Below are positions 45,353-60,674 of a DNA stretch of 64,000 bases, one piece after another. The stretch comes from Eledone cirrhosa. Taxonomy: Eukaryota. Under the pieces are notes generated by a model that ran no database searches, was not told where the DNA came from, and saw only the letters and a program-made list of their open reading frames with translations. Each line of letters opens with the position of its first letter. Position 1 is the stretch's first letter. A program made the translations under genes and the position numbers. The DNA lies in the NCBI GenBank assembly GCA_964016885.1, contig OZ024748.1, forward strand, positions 55,738,001 through 55,802,000, given 5' to 3'.

Positions 45353-45389
45353 ACACACACACACACACACACACACATACATGTATACA

Positions 45390-45428
<39 letters not shown>

Positions 45429-45469
45429 AAAAAAAGATATTTCATTTCGCATTCTTAGTACGGCTGATA

Positions 45470-45912
<443 letters not shown>

Positions 45913-45937
45913 CTATATATATAGTAAAATGTATGAA

Positions 45938-46247
45938 CACCGACGGCAGAGCTCAAGCCGTTTCGACGGCTATTTCTTTGTTTCAAATGTTGCATTCATC
46001 AACATTGACTTTCCTCGTCTCTAATTTGATAAAATATAATACTAGACCATTACGGGGTCTATGAACTCGACCGCCAACCCTAATTAATAAATAGATTAAA
46101 AAATGAGTTGCCTTAGTCCAGAAATAGCCGTCGAAACGGCTTGAGCTCTGCCGTCGGGGTCATACATTTTCCTATTACCCACGCTACCCTAAGTATTGAG
46201 TACTCTGGTGCTTTATGGTCCATCTGGTTCCTTACCACAACTCCTTC

Positions 46248-46251
<4 letters not shown>
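45938..46251 (+). mobile_element. Family A fold-back element with about 140-bp spacer
   Basis: Inverted repeat CCGACGGCAGAGCTCAAGCCGTTTCGACGGCTATTTCT at about 45940-45977 and 46119-46157. Confidence 0.8.
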
Positions 46252-46300
<49 letters not shown>

Positions 46301-47131
46301 GATTCCGAGTAATATTTCAAATAACGGGAAATATTTTTCAGCCTGCAGTCATTTTGAAATACTTTCAACAAGAGTGGAGAAAGTGTTCAAACTAAGTTTA
46401 GCGTCCAATCAACAAACGTTGAATCTATTGTACGCTGGTAGGCTTTCATTCTGGCGCAAGGACGGCAATTAAAATGCTAAAGCTGAAAGAATATATGAGG
46501 AAGGTTAATTACATTGTATTGCTACTTTATTTGGATTTTACAAACGTTTTTCCTTGAACATTATATCAGATCATTCTTCGTTTGGGGTTATCCGAAAACG
46601 TCTTTTAATATTGACGATTGAAGGCCAGAGGCTTTCTAACATTAAATTTGCTGCAGTTATTACGGCTGTTGTATATTATAAGTGTTCGTTTGATTATAAA
46701 ATATTGGAAAACGCCAATTCGAGAATAGTAAGCTTCGAGGCAATTTTGTATAATCTGTTCATGATGAAGGAGTCACGTAAAATAGTCTGAGGCAAGTTGA
46801 TGTGGATTTAGTTATGTTCGTGAATTTGTCTTAACTCAGTTGAATCTATGCTTATGTCCTACAGAATAGTAACTGACCTAAAGTAAGTGGAAAAAATATT
46901 AATTTTACATTCCATTTAACTAATCTGTTGACGTCAGACCAACTTATTTATTCTTATATGATTTATTTTTATATGATTAAACGTATCAATGTAGCTTAAA
47001 GGCTGCGCGAATATATTTAAACCTATTACAATAAATAGTTTTGTAAATGTAAATGTACTCCCAACTACATACCTATATAGCTGTTTCCCAATACTTTCAT
47101 GTCATACAATATGTATGTATGTATGTATGCA

Positions 47132-47170
<39 letters not shown>

Positions 47171-47588
47171 ATATATATATATATATTTATATATATATGT
47201 GTGCGTGTGTGTTTGTATGTTTGTGTTTCTGTATATGAGTGAGTATGTCTGTGTTTGTATATATATATATATATATATGTGTCTTTATATGTATGCGTGT
47301 GTCTGAGTGTGTATATGTAACTAATATTTGTATAATGATTACAATAACGATGACAGCTACCGATTTCATCTTGTTCCACTACATATCTGTTAATATTTGT
47401 ATGAAATTCCTTCTATCTTAACACATAACATTGATATATTGTTTAGTTTCCACCGCTGTGTTATTCGAGTTCTAGTCCTGTAGAAGCCATGTCTATGATG
47501 AACAATAATACTTACACTCTACTAATTTTGTGAATACCTTTTCTTAAATGTGGCTACCCGCGATTTCTCATATATATATATATATATT

Positions 47589-48302
47589 CATCCTTACGGG
47601 GTCGATAAAATAAAGTACCCACTTTATTTTATCGACCCCGTATAAAATAAAGTATACACTGTGATATTTTGCTGGCCTTGTGAAAAAAGTAGAAGCAATT
47701 ATTTTTAATTTATTGAGTTGGAGTTTATTAGGAACGCGCAACAATTATTATTTTCGGTGGATTCGCTGTATTGGTAACGCGTCGGACAACATTCTTTGCA
47801 GCATAGTTATGCACCTTTACGATCTGAGTTCAAATCCGGCCGAGGTCAGATTTGCCTTTCATCCTTACGGGGTTGATAACATATAAAGTACCAGTAAGCA
47901 CTGGTATCGATTATATCGACTTTACTCTTATATCGACTTTACCCTAAACTATTAGCCTTATGAACTTTGCCTTTTATCCTTACGGGTTTGATACAATAAA
48001 GTACCAGTAATGCACTGGATGATTGCTGGCTTTGTGCCAAAAGTAGAAACAATTATTAATGTGCTTGTAAACGAATTGAATATTATTATTATTGGATATA
48101 AAACTCACGAATCCATTTACGTATCAGATATGTTAGAGCGAAACTAATTTTCTTTTTAATGGAATGTTGCTTTCCATCAAGTTTTTTTTCAGTTTACTTC
48201 CAAACACCAGGTTTCTCGCCAAATATTCTGACAACGATAAAATTAAGTACCAGTACTGCACTGGAGTAATTGCTGGCCTTTTGCCAAAAATAGAAACAAT
48301 TA
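47589..48302 (+). mobile_element. Cluster of one full and three partial SINE copies
   Basis: 47589-47705 (with internal fold-back of the core), 47756-47960, 47962-48056 and 48235-48302. Confidence 0.75.
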
Positions 48303-49316
48303 TTCTATGTCTCACAGCCTATCCACTTATACATGCTAGAGAATAAAGTCTACATAGCGCTTTCCGATTATAACATTTTCTCAGTAATCAGGTAAATATG
48401 CAAATATTTGTTAAAAGGTAGATCTGGCATAGCTAAGTGCTAATAATATCAGACTGTGGTGCGTGTTATATAGAAACCGTATACTGATACTAGAAATTGT
48501 TTTGTTAATGGCCCAATAAAGTAATTTTTTTAGCTGAATCCATTTTGCCTATATATAAATAAATTGTTTGCAACACAGTTCAGTAAAATAACCAAACAGA
48601 GCCCCATATAAATAAAATGTATATTCATAGCTCCTAGAACTGAGATGCAATTCTCCCTGGAGCTACTTTTTCTATATGAAAGATCACATAGCGTGTTTGG
48701 TGTAAAATCTTCAAGTCACGTTTTATAAAACACGTACTGATTAAGGAGATAGTAATGATGATGATGATGACAATCATTTTTATAATCATCATTATGATCA
48801 TCATATTTACCGGAGCTTTAAATTGTTACCATTATTCTTTTAAGGAACTAAAGAAGTTTTATATGTTAATAATTTTATAGTATATCTGTATAACAAATCT
48901 TTCGGCAAACATTTCTTTACTGATTATGGATTAAATGACTACCTAGCTTTATGAAAAAATTATGGCGGTATCCATTAATTTTGAACAAATGCTATACTGA
49001 ATATACGATATAGGAAAACACTCAATTTCATCTCAGTTTTTATGGGAATCAATAATTCATTAACTATTGGGAACGCAAAGCCGTTCTTTAATGCTTTTTT
49101 CCCCTCATTCTTTTTCTCATTTTATTTCATGACATTTCATTTCATTTCTCTAATACACATAACATTGAACAATATGTCTATTACGGTAAACATAAATATT
49201 TCATATGGTGAAAAACAATTGCAACTTAATTTCTTGGTTAGTACGAATTGAATATTAAGCGTTAATATATATATACGTATGTGTATATATATATATATGT
49301 GTGTATGTGTATGTGT

Positions 49317-49377
<61 letters not shown>

Positions 49378-49569
49378 CTCACATTCATATAGCTATTCTA
49401 CAATATCTACACATCGTATTAAAATTTGCGCGGTTCATTTTCAGTATTGTCTTATTTCGTTTAAACTCTTAGCAATATTATTTCATTTCACTAAACATAA
49501 GCAGCAATATTAAAACATTTTACTCATCCCACTATCATATGCTTTATCAGAAATATATGAACATACATA

Positions 49570-49671
49570 GCTATGTATATATATATATATGTGTGTATGT
49601 GTGTGAATATGTGTGTGTGTGTGTGTATATATATGTGTATGTATATATATATATGTATGTATGTATGTATG

Positions 49672-49704
<33 letters not shown>

Positions 49705-49967
49705 ATATATATATGTATGTATATATATATATATGTATGTATATATATATATGTATGTATATATATATATGTATGTGTGTATATATATATGTATGTATAT
49801 ATATATATATATGTATGTGTGTATATATATATGTATGTGTGTATATATATATATATGTGTATATATATATGTGTATATATGTATGTATGTGTGTATATAT
49901 ATATATATGTGTATATATATATATATGTCTGTATATATGCATGTATAAATATATATATATATATGTA

Positions 49968-50027
<60 letters not shown>

Positions 50028-50044
50028 TGTGTATATGTGTATGT

Positions 50045-50089
<45 letters not shown>

Positions 50090-50106
50090 TGTGTATATGT
50101 GTATGT

Positions 50107-50156
<50 letters not shown>

Positions 50157-50219
50157 GTGTGTGTGTGTATATGTGTATGTATATATATATATATGTGTGT
50201 ATGTATATATATATAAGTG

Positions 50220-50258
<39 letters not shown>

Positions 50259-50455
50259 ATATACACACATACATATATATATATATGTCTGTGTATATAT
50301 GTGGTGTGTATATATATGTGTGTATATATATATGTGTGTGTGTGTACATATATATATATACATGTGTGTGTATATATATATATGTGTGTGTGTATATACA
50401 TATATGTGCGTGTGTATGTGGGTATATGTATGTGTGTATATATATGTATATACAC
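49570..50455. repeat. (TA)/(TG)/(TATG) compound microsatellite
   Basis: Seen directly. Confidence 0.95.
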
Positions 50456-51837
50456 ATCGTATTTCGTAATATGCAAAACCATCCTTTACATGTATTCCAT
50501 GGAATAAAAGACACATGTAATCCAATTTTCTGGTGATATATTAAAGAGCATTGTCACTTAAATTCACTTGTTTTATGTACGTATCACCTGTTTTATAAGG
50601 ACAGAAGGGATATTTACTACGCAATATATTATGTATATTTCAATATTCGAATTGCTTTTTCTCTGATATATCAATTTGATTCGTAATATTTGTTTTCAAT
50701 TCATTGAGTATATATTTCAATTCATTACACATATAGATCTATATTTTGCAAGAAAATATTAAAAGTGTGTGTGATGACATAATGAATATTATTTTGGATA
50801 GTTTTATGCATCGCATGAATATACCATGAACAAATATTATTCGTTTCACGTGCCATAACATAGATCCAGTTCTAGGTTTTGATTTGAGATTTAATATATT
50901 TCATTTCGTTTACACAATAAAAGCAATATAATTACTAGTAGGTTCTTGGTTCAATATACTCGAGTGATTATGGTCTCTATAAGATGCTATTCCTGAAGGA
51001 ATCGTCTTGGTGCTTTTACGACATTCGTCGGTCGAATGATGCATACATTCTAATTAATGAGATATGTAGGGCATTCGACTTTGTGCCTTTCTTAGGTCAA
51101 TAGAAGCAAGCCTTACTCCGCCCTGAGCACCGATCTCAAATTTTGCTGGGGACAACTTTGCTTTTTATACTTTAGATGTAATAAACTAACATTCCTGTAG
51201 TGAGGTCGATTCTTCTATTTCTTTTTCTTAGTAGATTATATCTGGAATTTACCGTCCTAATTGTACCACATTGTTTCGCCCTGATTCAACGTGTGAACCT
51301 CTTTAAAGTTACGCCGGTGTAAAGACTATTCGTTCATGATTACTTAATGTCACCGATATTAGTACACTTGTACGAGAAACTGGAGAATTTGCCACTAGAA
51401 TAAAATATAAATTGATGTGTCTGTAGATATAGCAGTGTGATACTTGTAATAAATTTAGAATAATGAAAATATTTATTCTATAAAAAAGTCCTTCTCTACT
51501 ACTAAGATGTATCTCATTTGATTTGTAGATAGATGATATGTCTCCGATTAAAACACCGGTAGTAACTCAAATTAATATCATCTTCTCAGAAAAAAAGAAA
51601 CTCTCATTCCGAAACTGCACCATTCCGAACCCTTTAGGGGTCTCGGGATACGCAATCTTTGTACATGACACCTACGCCTCCCAGCACAGGTTAGAGGTTC
51701 ATTTCCAGTTTCTACGGCATGAAATGGAGACTGGAATATATTTTTCGGAGGGGCCCATTTAAGAAACATAAACCTGTTTTTATTTAATGTAGAATTATTA
51801 AGGCTACGATTAATATTGAATAATTCCTCTTCTAGTT

Positions 51838-52020
51838 AATAATTGTTGCCACTTTTGGCACATGGCCAGCAATTACCCAGTGCATTACTGGTACTTTGTT
51901 TTATAGACCCCTTAAGGATGAAAGACAAAGTTAACCTCAGTGGGATTTGAACTCAGAATGGAAAGGGCCGTAACTCTATGCGTCAAAGCCTGGCGTCCTA
52001 CCCTCTACCGATCCTGCTAA
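51838..52020 (-). mobile_element. tRNA-derived SINE (major family)
   Basis: Reverse complement of the consensus. Confidence 0.85.
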
Positions 52021-52461
52021 AATGAGCTATTTAACATAAATTGTGAACGACAGTGTAAGCTGCATTCCCATTAAACATATCTTTATTCTCATATTTATTC
52101 TCATATTTAAAGTGTCTATATTTAAAGTGTCTATATTTTGGAATTTAGAAGAGTGTTAGTAGTTTCTGCAAACAAAATATATTCCCACCAATTAAATTTT
52201 AAAACCTTCATATTTGGTTCATATTGACGGTTAATTAAGGGTTTCGTCTGAGAACTGCATGTGGGTACTGGTGCGAAAATACCACACTATTTTGTTTGCT
52301 AGTTTACTATAGCAACACTTCTTTATGCTCGGTGATAACAATCTACTAAAATTATAACTTTTAAAAGCAGCTTCCACGCAGTCGAAATTGGTAGAAATAG
52401 ATGTGAGCTGCTCAACATTACCAAACTTAGACCAATTACCTCAATTATCAAGTCAATAGTA

Positions 52462-52705
52462 CTCAAAATATACGGTCATATAAAAAGATCAACTCGTGTT
52501 GTGAGTAGGTTATGCCTGGAAGGAAGGTTGGCTGCTAAGAGAACAAGAGGCCGACAACCAAAACGATGACTTGACAATGTCAATTCATGGACAGGACTTG
52601 ATCTTTGCTCTTTGAACTCTGCTGCTGGTGATCCAACATTGTGGAGAGAGATATCACATGTTAATGCGCAGTCTGCAACTGTCGGAGTTTAGCGTCACAA
52701 GAGAG
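52462..52705 (+). pseudogene. RTE-clade LINE 3' terminal fragment, second family
   Basis: LKIYGHIKRS..LCLEGRLAAKRTRGRQPKR*LDNVNSWTGL....AAGDPTLWR matches the GHI.R/LEG..GKR.RGR...W.D/DR..WR end of RTE ORFs. Confidence 0.7.
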
Positions 52706-53227
52706 ATGAAGATTTACTGATATGGAAACGTATTTGGTGAAATATATAAGCAAATGCAACATGGCTGACGAGTTCTATGTTTACGGAACGACATGAGCGT
52801 GTCCTCTGAAATGTATTTAATCACCTCTAATGAAACAAAATGGAAATGGCACTAAACAACAACACATACAGAATTCAAGTAGAGTTTAGAAATGGTGAGA
52901 TATTTGAACTCTAGTTTGTAGTTTCACAACGAATTTACATTTAAGCATAGGTTTTATCAGGAGAGGAAAGTACACATATTGGCGTAGGAGACAGGTGTGA
53001 TAAAAGCCTCCTAATCGAATATACAGCATAATTGTCATCAAAGATCATTTACGTCCATTGCTGTAACTTTCATGAAGTAGATGTGTATTATTATAAATTT
53101 GAAATACATCATAATTTGAGTATTCTTTAATATTTATTTCACAAAATTAACCAGAAAAGAATAACGAGCGGCGAGTCTACAACCCAAGCGGCCAAAACAA
53201 CAACAAATAAAATACTACACACACACA

Positions 53228-53287
<60 letters not shown>

Positions 53288-53439
53288 GTGTGTGAGACGG
53301 GCGTTTGCGTATAAATGTATTTGTCTCTGCAGCAATAAAAAGGAACGATTGACTTTCGTTAAATTGGACAAAGGAAACAATGTTTCCGTTGGTCTTCCTT
53401 GTTGGTAATACTATTTATCGGTCGCAACTCAAGATAGAA

Positions 53440-53560
53440 TGAGCAACGTGAAATAAAGTGTCTTGCTCAAGGACATAGCGCATCGCCTGGTCCAGGAATC
53501 GAACTCACAACCTCACCATTGCGAATCCAATTATCTAACCACTCAGCCACACGCCTTCAC
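53440..53560 (-). mobile_element. tRNA-derived SINE head of another family
   Basis: Reverse strand: A box GTGGCTGAGTGG, B box GTTCGATTCC, then TGTCCTTGAGCAAGACACTT. Related head fragment at 32093-32155 (+). Confidence 0.75.
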
Positions 53561-53667
53561 TTGTGCAGCTATATAGTCGATATATAACCTTAAAATGTGC
53601 ATACGTACTACAAAATTGTAAGTTCATATATATATATATATGTATGCATATATATAACCCGGGACTC

Positions 53668-53699
<32 letters not shown>

Positions 53700-54234
53700 T
53701 GAGTATCTCTGATAATATATATTATTATTATATGCCTACAGATATGTCAATTAAACTGTAATCGAATGTTACTGACTACACTTCTACGTGCGTGGCTGTA
53801 ACCATCCATCCATCCAAACATGGATAAATGAATATAAATGTGTATGTGTGTTTGAGTGTATTATATATATATCGTCCATATTAATGTGATAGAGCAAGTC
53901 TTTATCGACGGTAGATCAGCTTAAACACTGGTTTTACTGCAGCACTGGGTCTATTTCCCAATTTTATTTAGGGAGTAAGATTTATAGACCTCTATCGAAC
54001 CATGCCAAGACAGCAGTACTCCACGGAAGCCATAAATTTAAACGTGGATTGACGTAGCTTCTCAGCCACTATTCTAAATGACCAAACTATCACAAATATA
54101 CACAAGCTAGCATATAGATATCAATAAATACACACAGACACATGTGTGTACGTGTATACACCTATCTATCTACCTATCTATACCTTTTATTTATCTATCA
54201 ATATCAATTTATGTATATATATATATATATATAT

Positions 54235-54275
<41 letters not shown>

Positions 54276-54816
54276 GGTGTGTGTGTGTATATGTATTTAT
54301 CATACAGAAGTATATAGGCATAGACTCAGATATATGCATATACGTTTAATCACATATATATTCATACACATAGACAAACATATATCATAGTAACATAGTT
54401 GCATACATTTTCCTTAAGCCATAAATTGATTGATCGAGAGCTTCCCCAAGATATTCCTTTGCTGCCGTTTGTTTTTATACTATTCTCCTCTATTTAAATA
54501 TCCCAATGGTAATAGGTATTTTAGACTTATTTCCTTGTCACTCTACTAGATCTTTCCTCAGTATTAAATGCACCCGTAATCATTGTGTATATTTATCTTC
54601 TGCTGATTCCGTTCTATTGTTTTTCATACTACCATAACATAGAGAAACTACCGCTAACCTGATATATTGTGACTTTAATCTTGTGCAAGACTGCTGCATA
54701 TATTGATCTATAATTTAATGTTATCTATTAATTTCAACTGGTGTATATTTCATGTAAAACTTTGGTGAAGCTGAGAAAGGAATTGGAATAATTGTGTATA
54801 TGTGTGTGTATTTATC

Positions 54817-54851
<35 letters not shown>

Positions 54852-54961
54852 ATTGGGTAAAAGAAGGAAAGGGCTGTTGATAGAAGCGCAATTAATTCCA
54901 CCTTGTGACAAATATTCATGAAAGGGGCATGGTAGGCGAAAGATATATGTGATGATTTGTC

Positions 54962-55072
54962 CCGAATGAAACAGTTCTAGTCCTGTAGAAGCCTTTCTAT
55001 ATTAAATATTTATACTCTGCTATGTATTGAGCACCTTACTTACGATGGTTTTCCCCAATTGAACACGGGATA
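54962..55072 (+). mobile_element. Family G element
   Basis: CGAATGAAACAGTTCTAGTCCTGTAGAAGCC plus the family G tail, ending at (TA)n. Confidence 0.65.
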
Positions 55073-55075
55073 AAC

Positions 55076-55141
<66 letters not shown>

Positions 55142-55147
<6 letters not shown>

Positions 55148-55339
55148 AAGAAAGCGGGGTAACAACCCAGATGGACCATAACGCACCAGAGTACTCGATA
55201 CTTAGGGTAGTAGAGTGGGTAAAGGGAAAAGAGTCAGGACCCCGACTGCTGAGCTCCCGCCGTCTCGACAGCTAGATCCAAACTGTTCGGATCTAGCTAA
55301 CAAAGCGGCCGGAGCTCAGCCGTCGGGGTCCTGATTCTG

Positions 55340-55343
<4 letters not shown>
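55142..55343 (-). mobile_element. Family A (A2) fold-back element
   Basis: Tail plus hairpin TCAGGACCCCGAC.GCTGAGCTCC...GGAGCTCAGCCGTCGGGGTCCTGA. Confidence 0.8.
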
Positions 55344-55402
<59 letters not shown>

Positions 55403-55709
55403 TAGAGATAGATAGAGAGAGCAGTAACGTGCCTGTATGGAAAGGGGACGGTAAAAAAGGGATTACCAATCACGTGTCTCAATTCTGAATTCACGATAAA
55501 TCTAAATTATCGTTGAAGATCGGTGGAGGCGTACAGTCTCAAGATGATCGCATGTGGTTTTGTTTGTTACTTCGGAGTTTTACCAATTGCCTGTAGTACG
55601 CTAGAAAACTAATAACGAGCAGTGGGTCATCATCATTAACAATATATATATTAACCATGGTGCTGCTCATCATGATGATGGGGACGAGGACAAACATAAT
55701 ATTCATGTT

Positions 55710-55885
55710 AATAATTGTTTCTACTTTTGGCACAAGGCCATCAATTACACTAATGTATTACTGGTACATTATTTTATCGAACCCATAAGGATGAAAGGCA
55801 AAGCTAACCTCGGCGTGATTTGAACTCAGATCATAAAGGGCCGTAATTCTATGCAGCAAAGCATACTGTCTGACGCTCTACCGAT
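55710..55885 (-). mobile_element. tRNA-derived SINE (major family)
   Basis: Reverse complement of the consensus. Confidence 0.85.
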
Positions 55886-56624
55886 TAATAATAATAATAG
55901 AATGACTAGAAGGAGTAAGAAAATAGTAGGAATATATAGAAAGTGGAACTCAATGAGGACAGTAATAATAGTTAAGATTATGACTGTAATCAACGCCACT
56001 GGTAAAAATTATATAAATAAAATCCGAAACACATTGGAGCACACAGGAAAAAGAATATTAATAAAGATGAAGCTACACACATGAAAAAGCCTCGTTTATA
56101 TATGTATGTTCATTATCCCCCAAATTAGTGCAGCTCACATACTGACTTGTCCAATTCATTTGTCTTATTGTCCTGATACGTTTGACGAAATTTTCTTCTC
56201 GTATTGTCATTTATGTTATTATTTTTCATTATCTAATTCTCTGTTCAGTTACTCTGCTTGACACTGCTTTCATTATTGTTACTGAAGAATATACCTGGTG
56301 ATATCATCTCTACATTTCATCATCTCATTATCCCCGCATTTCTAATCTATAGAAGGAATGATATACAGTTATTAGTAACATATTTAGGCGATTCAGTATA
56401 ATCAAAGCATTTAGTACTCTTACACATTTTAATGCGTTTCCTGAAATATGTCTAGTTTCTCTGAAGACTCATTTAAGCTTATATGTATTCGCTATCTTTA
56501 AATATCCATATATATCTATTCATCTATTTTTCTATCAACCAATCTATTCATATAACCACTTCTCACTATCTCGTTATTTCTCAATATCTACATTGATATA
56601 TCTCTCCATACCACTATCTAAATT

Positions 56625-56690
<66 letters not shown>

Positions 56691-56756
56691 TATATATATG
56701 ACAGGAGGGGGAGAAATCGAAATATATATATATATAAATATGTATGTATATATACT

Positions 56757-56807
<51 letters not shown>

Positions 56808-56954
56808 GCATATATATGTAAATGCATACATATGTAAATGCGTATATATGTATATATATATATATGCATGTACATATACAGTATATATATCAATATGAGC
56901 ATATATATATATATATATAAAAATATATATAGATATATAAAAATATATATACAT

Positions 56955-57005
<51 letters not shown>

Positions 57006-57053
57006 TATATATAAACATATATATATATATGTACATATGTATATATATATATT

Positions 57054-57084
<31 letters not shown>

Positions 57085-57135
57085 ATTTATATATATATAT
57101 ATTCTTATATATATATATATATATATATATATTCT

Positions 57136-57168
<33 letters not shown>

Positions 57169-57260
57169 ATTTTTATATATATATATATTCTTATATATAT
57201 ATATATTTTTATATATATATATTTTTATATATATATATATTTTTTACCTATATATATATT

Positions 57261-57314
<54 letters not shown>

Positions 57315-57330
57315 CATATATATATAAATT

Positions 57331-57363
<33 letters not shown>

Positions 57364-57514
57364 ATAAATTTATATATATATATATATATAAATTTATATA
57401 TATATATATAAATTTATATATATATATATATATATATATTTGTGTATATATATATATATATATATATAAATTTATATATATATATATATAAATTTATATA
57501 TATATATATAAATT

Positions 57515-57546
<32 letters not shown>

Positions 57547-57620
57547 TGTGTATATATATATATATATATTTGTGTATATATATATATATATATAAATTTA
57601 TATATATATATATATATATT

Positions 57621-57655
<35 letters not shown>

Positions 57656-57656
57656 T

Positions 57657-57693
<37 letters not shown>

Positions 57694-57765
57694 ATTTGTG
57701 TATATATATATATATATATAAATTTATATGTATATATATATATATATGTGTGTGTGTGTATATAC
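56625..57765. repeat. (CT)n and long (TA)n array with TTT/AAATTT interruptions
   Basis: Seen directly. Confidence 0.95.
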
Positions 57766-58081
57766 AAAAGTAAGAGAGATACAATATATCTTTTACTTGT
57801 TCACGTTTAATACAGTGGAAAAGAAATATGAGATGAGTTAATGCACGTATGCGATCCCTCGTGTTAGCCATTTTAACTTACGTTAAACATGTTACGTGCT
57901 GCTACCACTTACGATTAACAATAGCCTAGTAATGAATGATTGCTATACTCTCTCTACCAAACACTTGAATCCTACGCAAAATTACATAAGCGGGGTGGCC
58001 CTGCATCTAGACTAGAAAACTAATTCAAGAAAAACCTTATCATGAATTTATACTTGCGGTAATGATGAGTGATGGCGAAGA

Positions 58082-58680
58082 TCTTCTTCTTCTTCTTCTT
58101 CTTTTTTCTTCTTTTTCTTCTTTTTTTCTTCCTCTTTTTCTTCTTTTTCTTCTTTTTCTTTTTTTCTTCTTTTTTTCTCTTTTTTTTCTTCTTTTTTTCT
58201 TCTTTTTCTTCTTTTTTTTCTTTTTCTTTTTTTTCTTCCTTTTCTTCTTCTTCTTCTCCTTTTTTCTTTTTTCTTCTTTTTTCTTCGTTTTCCTCTTTTT
58301 TCTTCTTCTTTTTTCTTCTTCTTCTTCTTCTTCTTCTTCTTCTTGTTCTTCTTCTTCTTCTTTTTCTTCTTCTTCTTCTTTTTTTTCTTCTTTTTTCTTC
58401 TTTTTTTCTTCTTTTTTCTTCTTTTTTTTCTACTTTTCTTTTCTTCTACTTCTTTTTTCTTTTTTCTTCTACTTTTTTGTTTTCTTCGTTTTCTTATTCC
58501 TTTATGTTTTCTTATTTATTTTCTTCTTTTTTCTTATTTTTTTTCTTTTTCTTTTTTTTTTCTTTTTCTTCTATTTCTTATCTTTCTTCTTCGTTTTCTA
58601 CTTCTTCTTTTTCTACTTCTTCTTCGTTTCCTCTTCGTTTTTTTCGTTATCTTCTTCGTCTTCTGTTTTCTTCTTCTTCT
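58082..58680. repeat. (TTC)n-derived polypyrimidine tract
   Basis: Seen directly. Confidence 0.95.
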
Positions 58681-59768
58681 CCCGGAGAGGGTGGTGGAGG
58701 ACTAAGAGGATGACAATCATAATAGACACGATACAGATGAGGAATATTATACTGACGGCGATGATGATTATAACCATGAGCATGGAAAATAAGAAACAAG
58801 CAAAGTTAGGCTGACGAGAATAAGAGGGAGAAGATTGTGAATGTGAAGAATATAAAATGATGTTGAGGAAGGAGTGTTGGAGAAAAGAAAGGTTCAATAA
58901 TGCATACATTGTCTATTGCTGCATTTCAACATTACTAAGACTGAAACTAAATTATTTTTAATTAACTGACCTTAGTGTGTATTAAGGTCGACCTTGAGGG
59001 ACACGAAATCCACTGATATTATATTATTTCTTTTTTTCTGTCTCCCCAATATTGGCTTCTGTGCAATATCTCCAAATAATCGGCAGTATATTGAAAGCTA
59101 AAGAAATAAAATAGGGGAACCAAAGATGAAAAAATAAAGCCAAAAGTAAAATAGAAAACAAAAGATCAAGAAGGATAAGTAAAAGAAAAAGTGGAGGAAA
59201 AGACAAAATCGAAGAAAACGTAAATGAAAAAGAAGGCGCCATTGGCTAAAGATGAAGACTTAATCTAAAATGGTGGTTATCAACAAAGTAAAAACCGATG
59301 AGACAATCAACAAATACTTTTTCTTTTTGTTTTTATTATTTATCTCATATGAGCTGGTGATGTTTTATGTTGGATGGTGGTTTCTCCATAATGTGTGGTA
59401 GTGGTGGTAGTTGCTGTATTAGTGACGTTAGTTGTATGGTTATAGTGGCGGTAGCTGCCTAGATTGTGGTGGAATTGCTGGTGTTTAACCGTGAGTAGTG
59501 AGATAATATTTCAACGGATTTTCTACTTATATTAGTGGATGGAGTGAATTAAATATTGAAAGTATTTGGCCAACGAAGGGTCAGAAAGTGCATTGTTTCT
59601 AAAATGGACAATTTTGCTGTCAAAACTGTTTCTGCAAACATATGGGAAAAGCAGAACAGCCACATATCAATTTTGTCTCTCCCACATTTCCTTTCCTCTA
59701 TAACTCTTATATATATCTCACATCTTTTTATCAGTTATTACCTCTCATTTGGTGGTTTATATAATAAC

Positions 59769-59846
<78 letters not shown>

Positions 59847-60142
59847 GTGTTTGTGTGCGTTTTATACACATCTATATTTCATAGCATTCTCTGCTTTTTG
59901 CAAAGGCTACTAAAACATACAGGCAATTCTATCCTGTGGCTTTTGCCTCCAGGGTTTGAAAGTAGATTTCATTTAACTAATATATAATATGCGTTGTAAT
60001 ATATTTTGCAAAGAGGAAGATATATACTCGTATATTTCAAACTTATTACATGCCTTTCAGACTTTCTATTACTAAACATATTTACATAGATACATGCACA
60101 TATATATATATACGTACACACACACACACACAAACGCACATA

Positions 60143-60181
<39 letters not shown>

Positions 60182-60199
60182 GTGTATATATATATATTT

Positions 60200-60674
60200 A
60201 TTTATTTATTTGGGTTTGTTGGTTCACCACTTGATAAAACTGGCCATTCTGTGTGGTCAGCCACGATGTAATGTTATGAAAAGCACTTAACGTAATGCAA
60301 CCATCCGTCTTCGTTTGTGTAGTTGGTGGTGTGAGTACGGAGTTATTTATTACAAAATAACGGGAGGCATGTTCTGGTGTAAATCCTTGAAAGGTTTATT
60401 TTACTATGACCATTTCAATGACCGGGTTCAGTATGAATCCTGTGACATCATCACGTAATTCAAAATATAACGAAAGAAAATAGCAGATAAAAATGATTGG
60501 TGTTTAAATCAGAGATTTCAACACCAATGATTTTTATCTGCTATTTTCCTTCGTTATATTTTTAATTACCTGATGATGTCACCGGATTCATACTGAACCC
60601 GGTCATTGAAATGGTCATAGTAAAATAAACCTTTCAAGGATTTACACCAGAACATGCCTCCCTTATTTTGTAAT
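60200..60674 (-). mobile_element. Family F: 327-bp palindrome (60348-60674) plus unique tail on the left
   Basis: Arms are centred on AAATC-AGA-GATTT at 60506-60518. Microsatellites lie on both sides. Confidence 0.8.
60566..60623 (+). ncRNA. Hammerhead-like motif (family F)
   Basis: TTAC-CTGATGA-TGTC-ACCGGATTCA-TAC-TGAACCCGGT-CATT-GAAA-TGGTCA-TA-GTAA. The base of stem II is imperfect. Confidence 0.6.

Noticed and set aside
53470-53560. tRNA gene
   Set aside because: It has A/B boxes but no proper cloverleaf and continues into a SINE body. The same applies to the major SINE heads.
58062-58814. Poly-F/S hydrophobic ORFs resembling membrane proteins (also 4254-4877)
   Set aside because: They are translations of T/C-rich low-complexity tracts.
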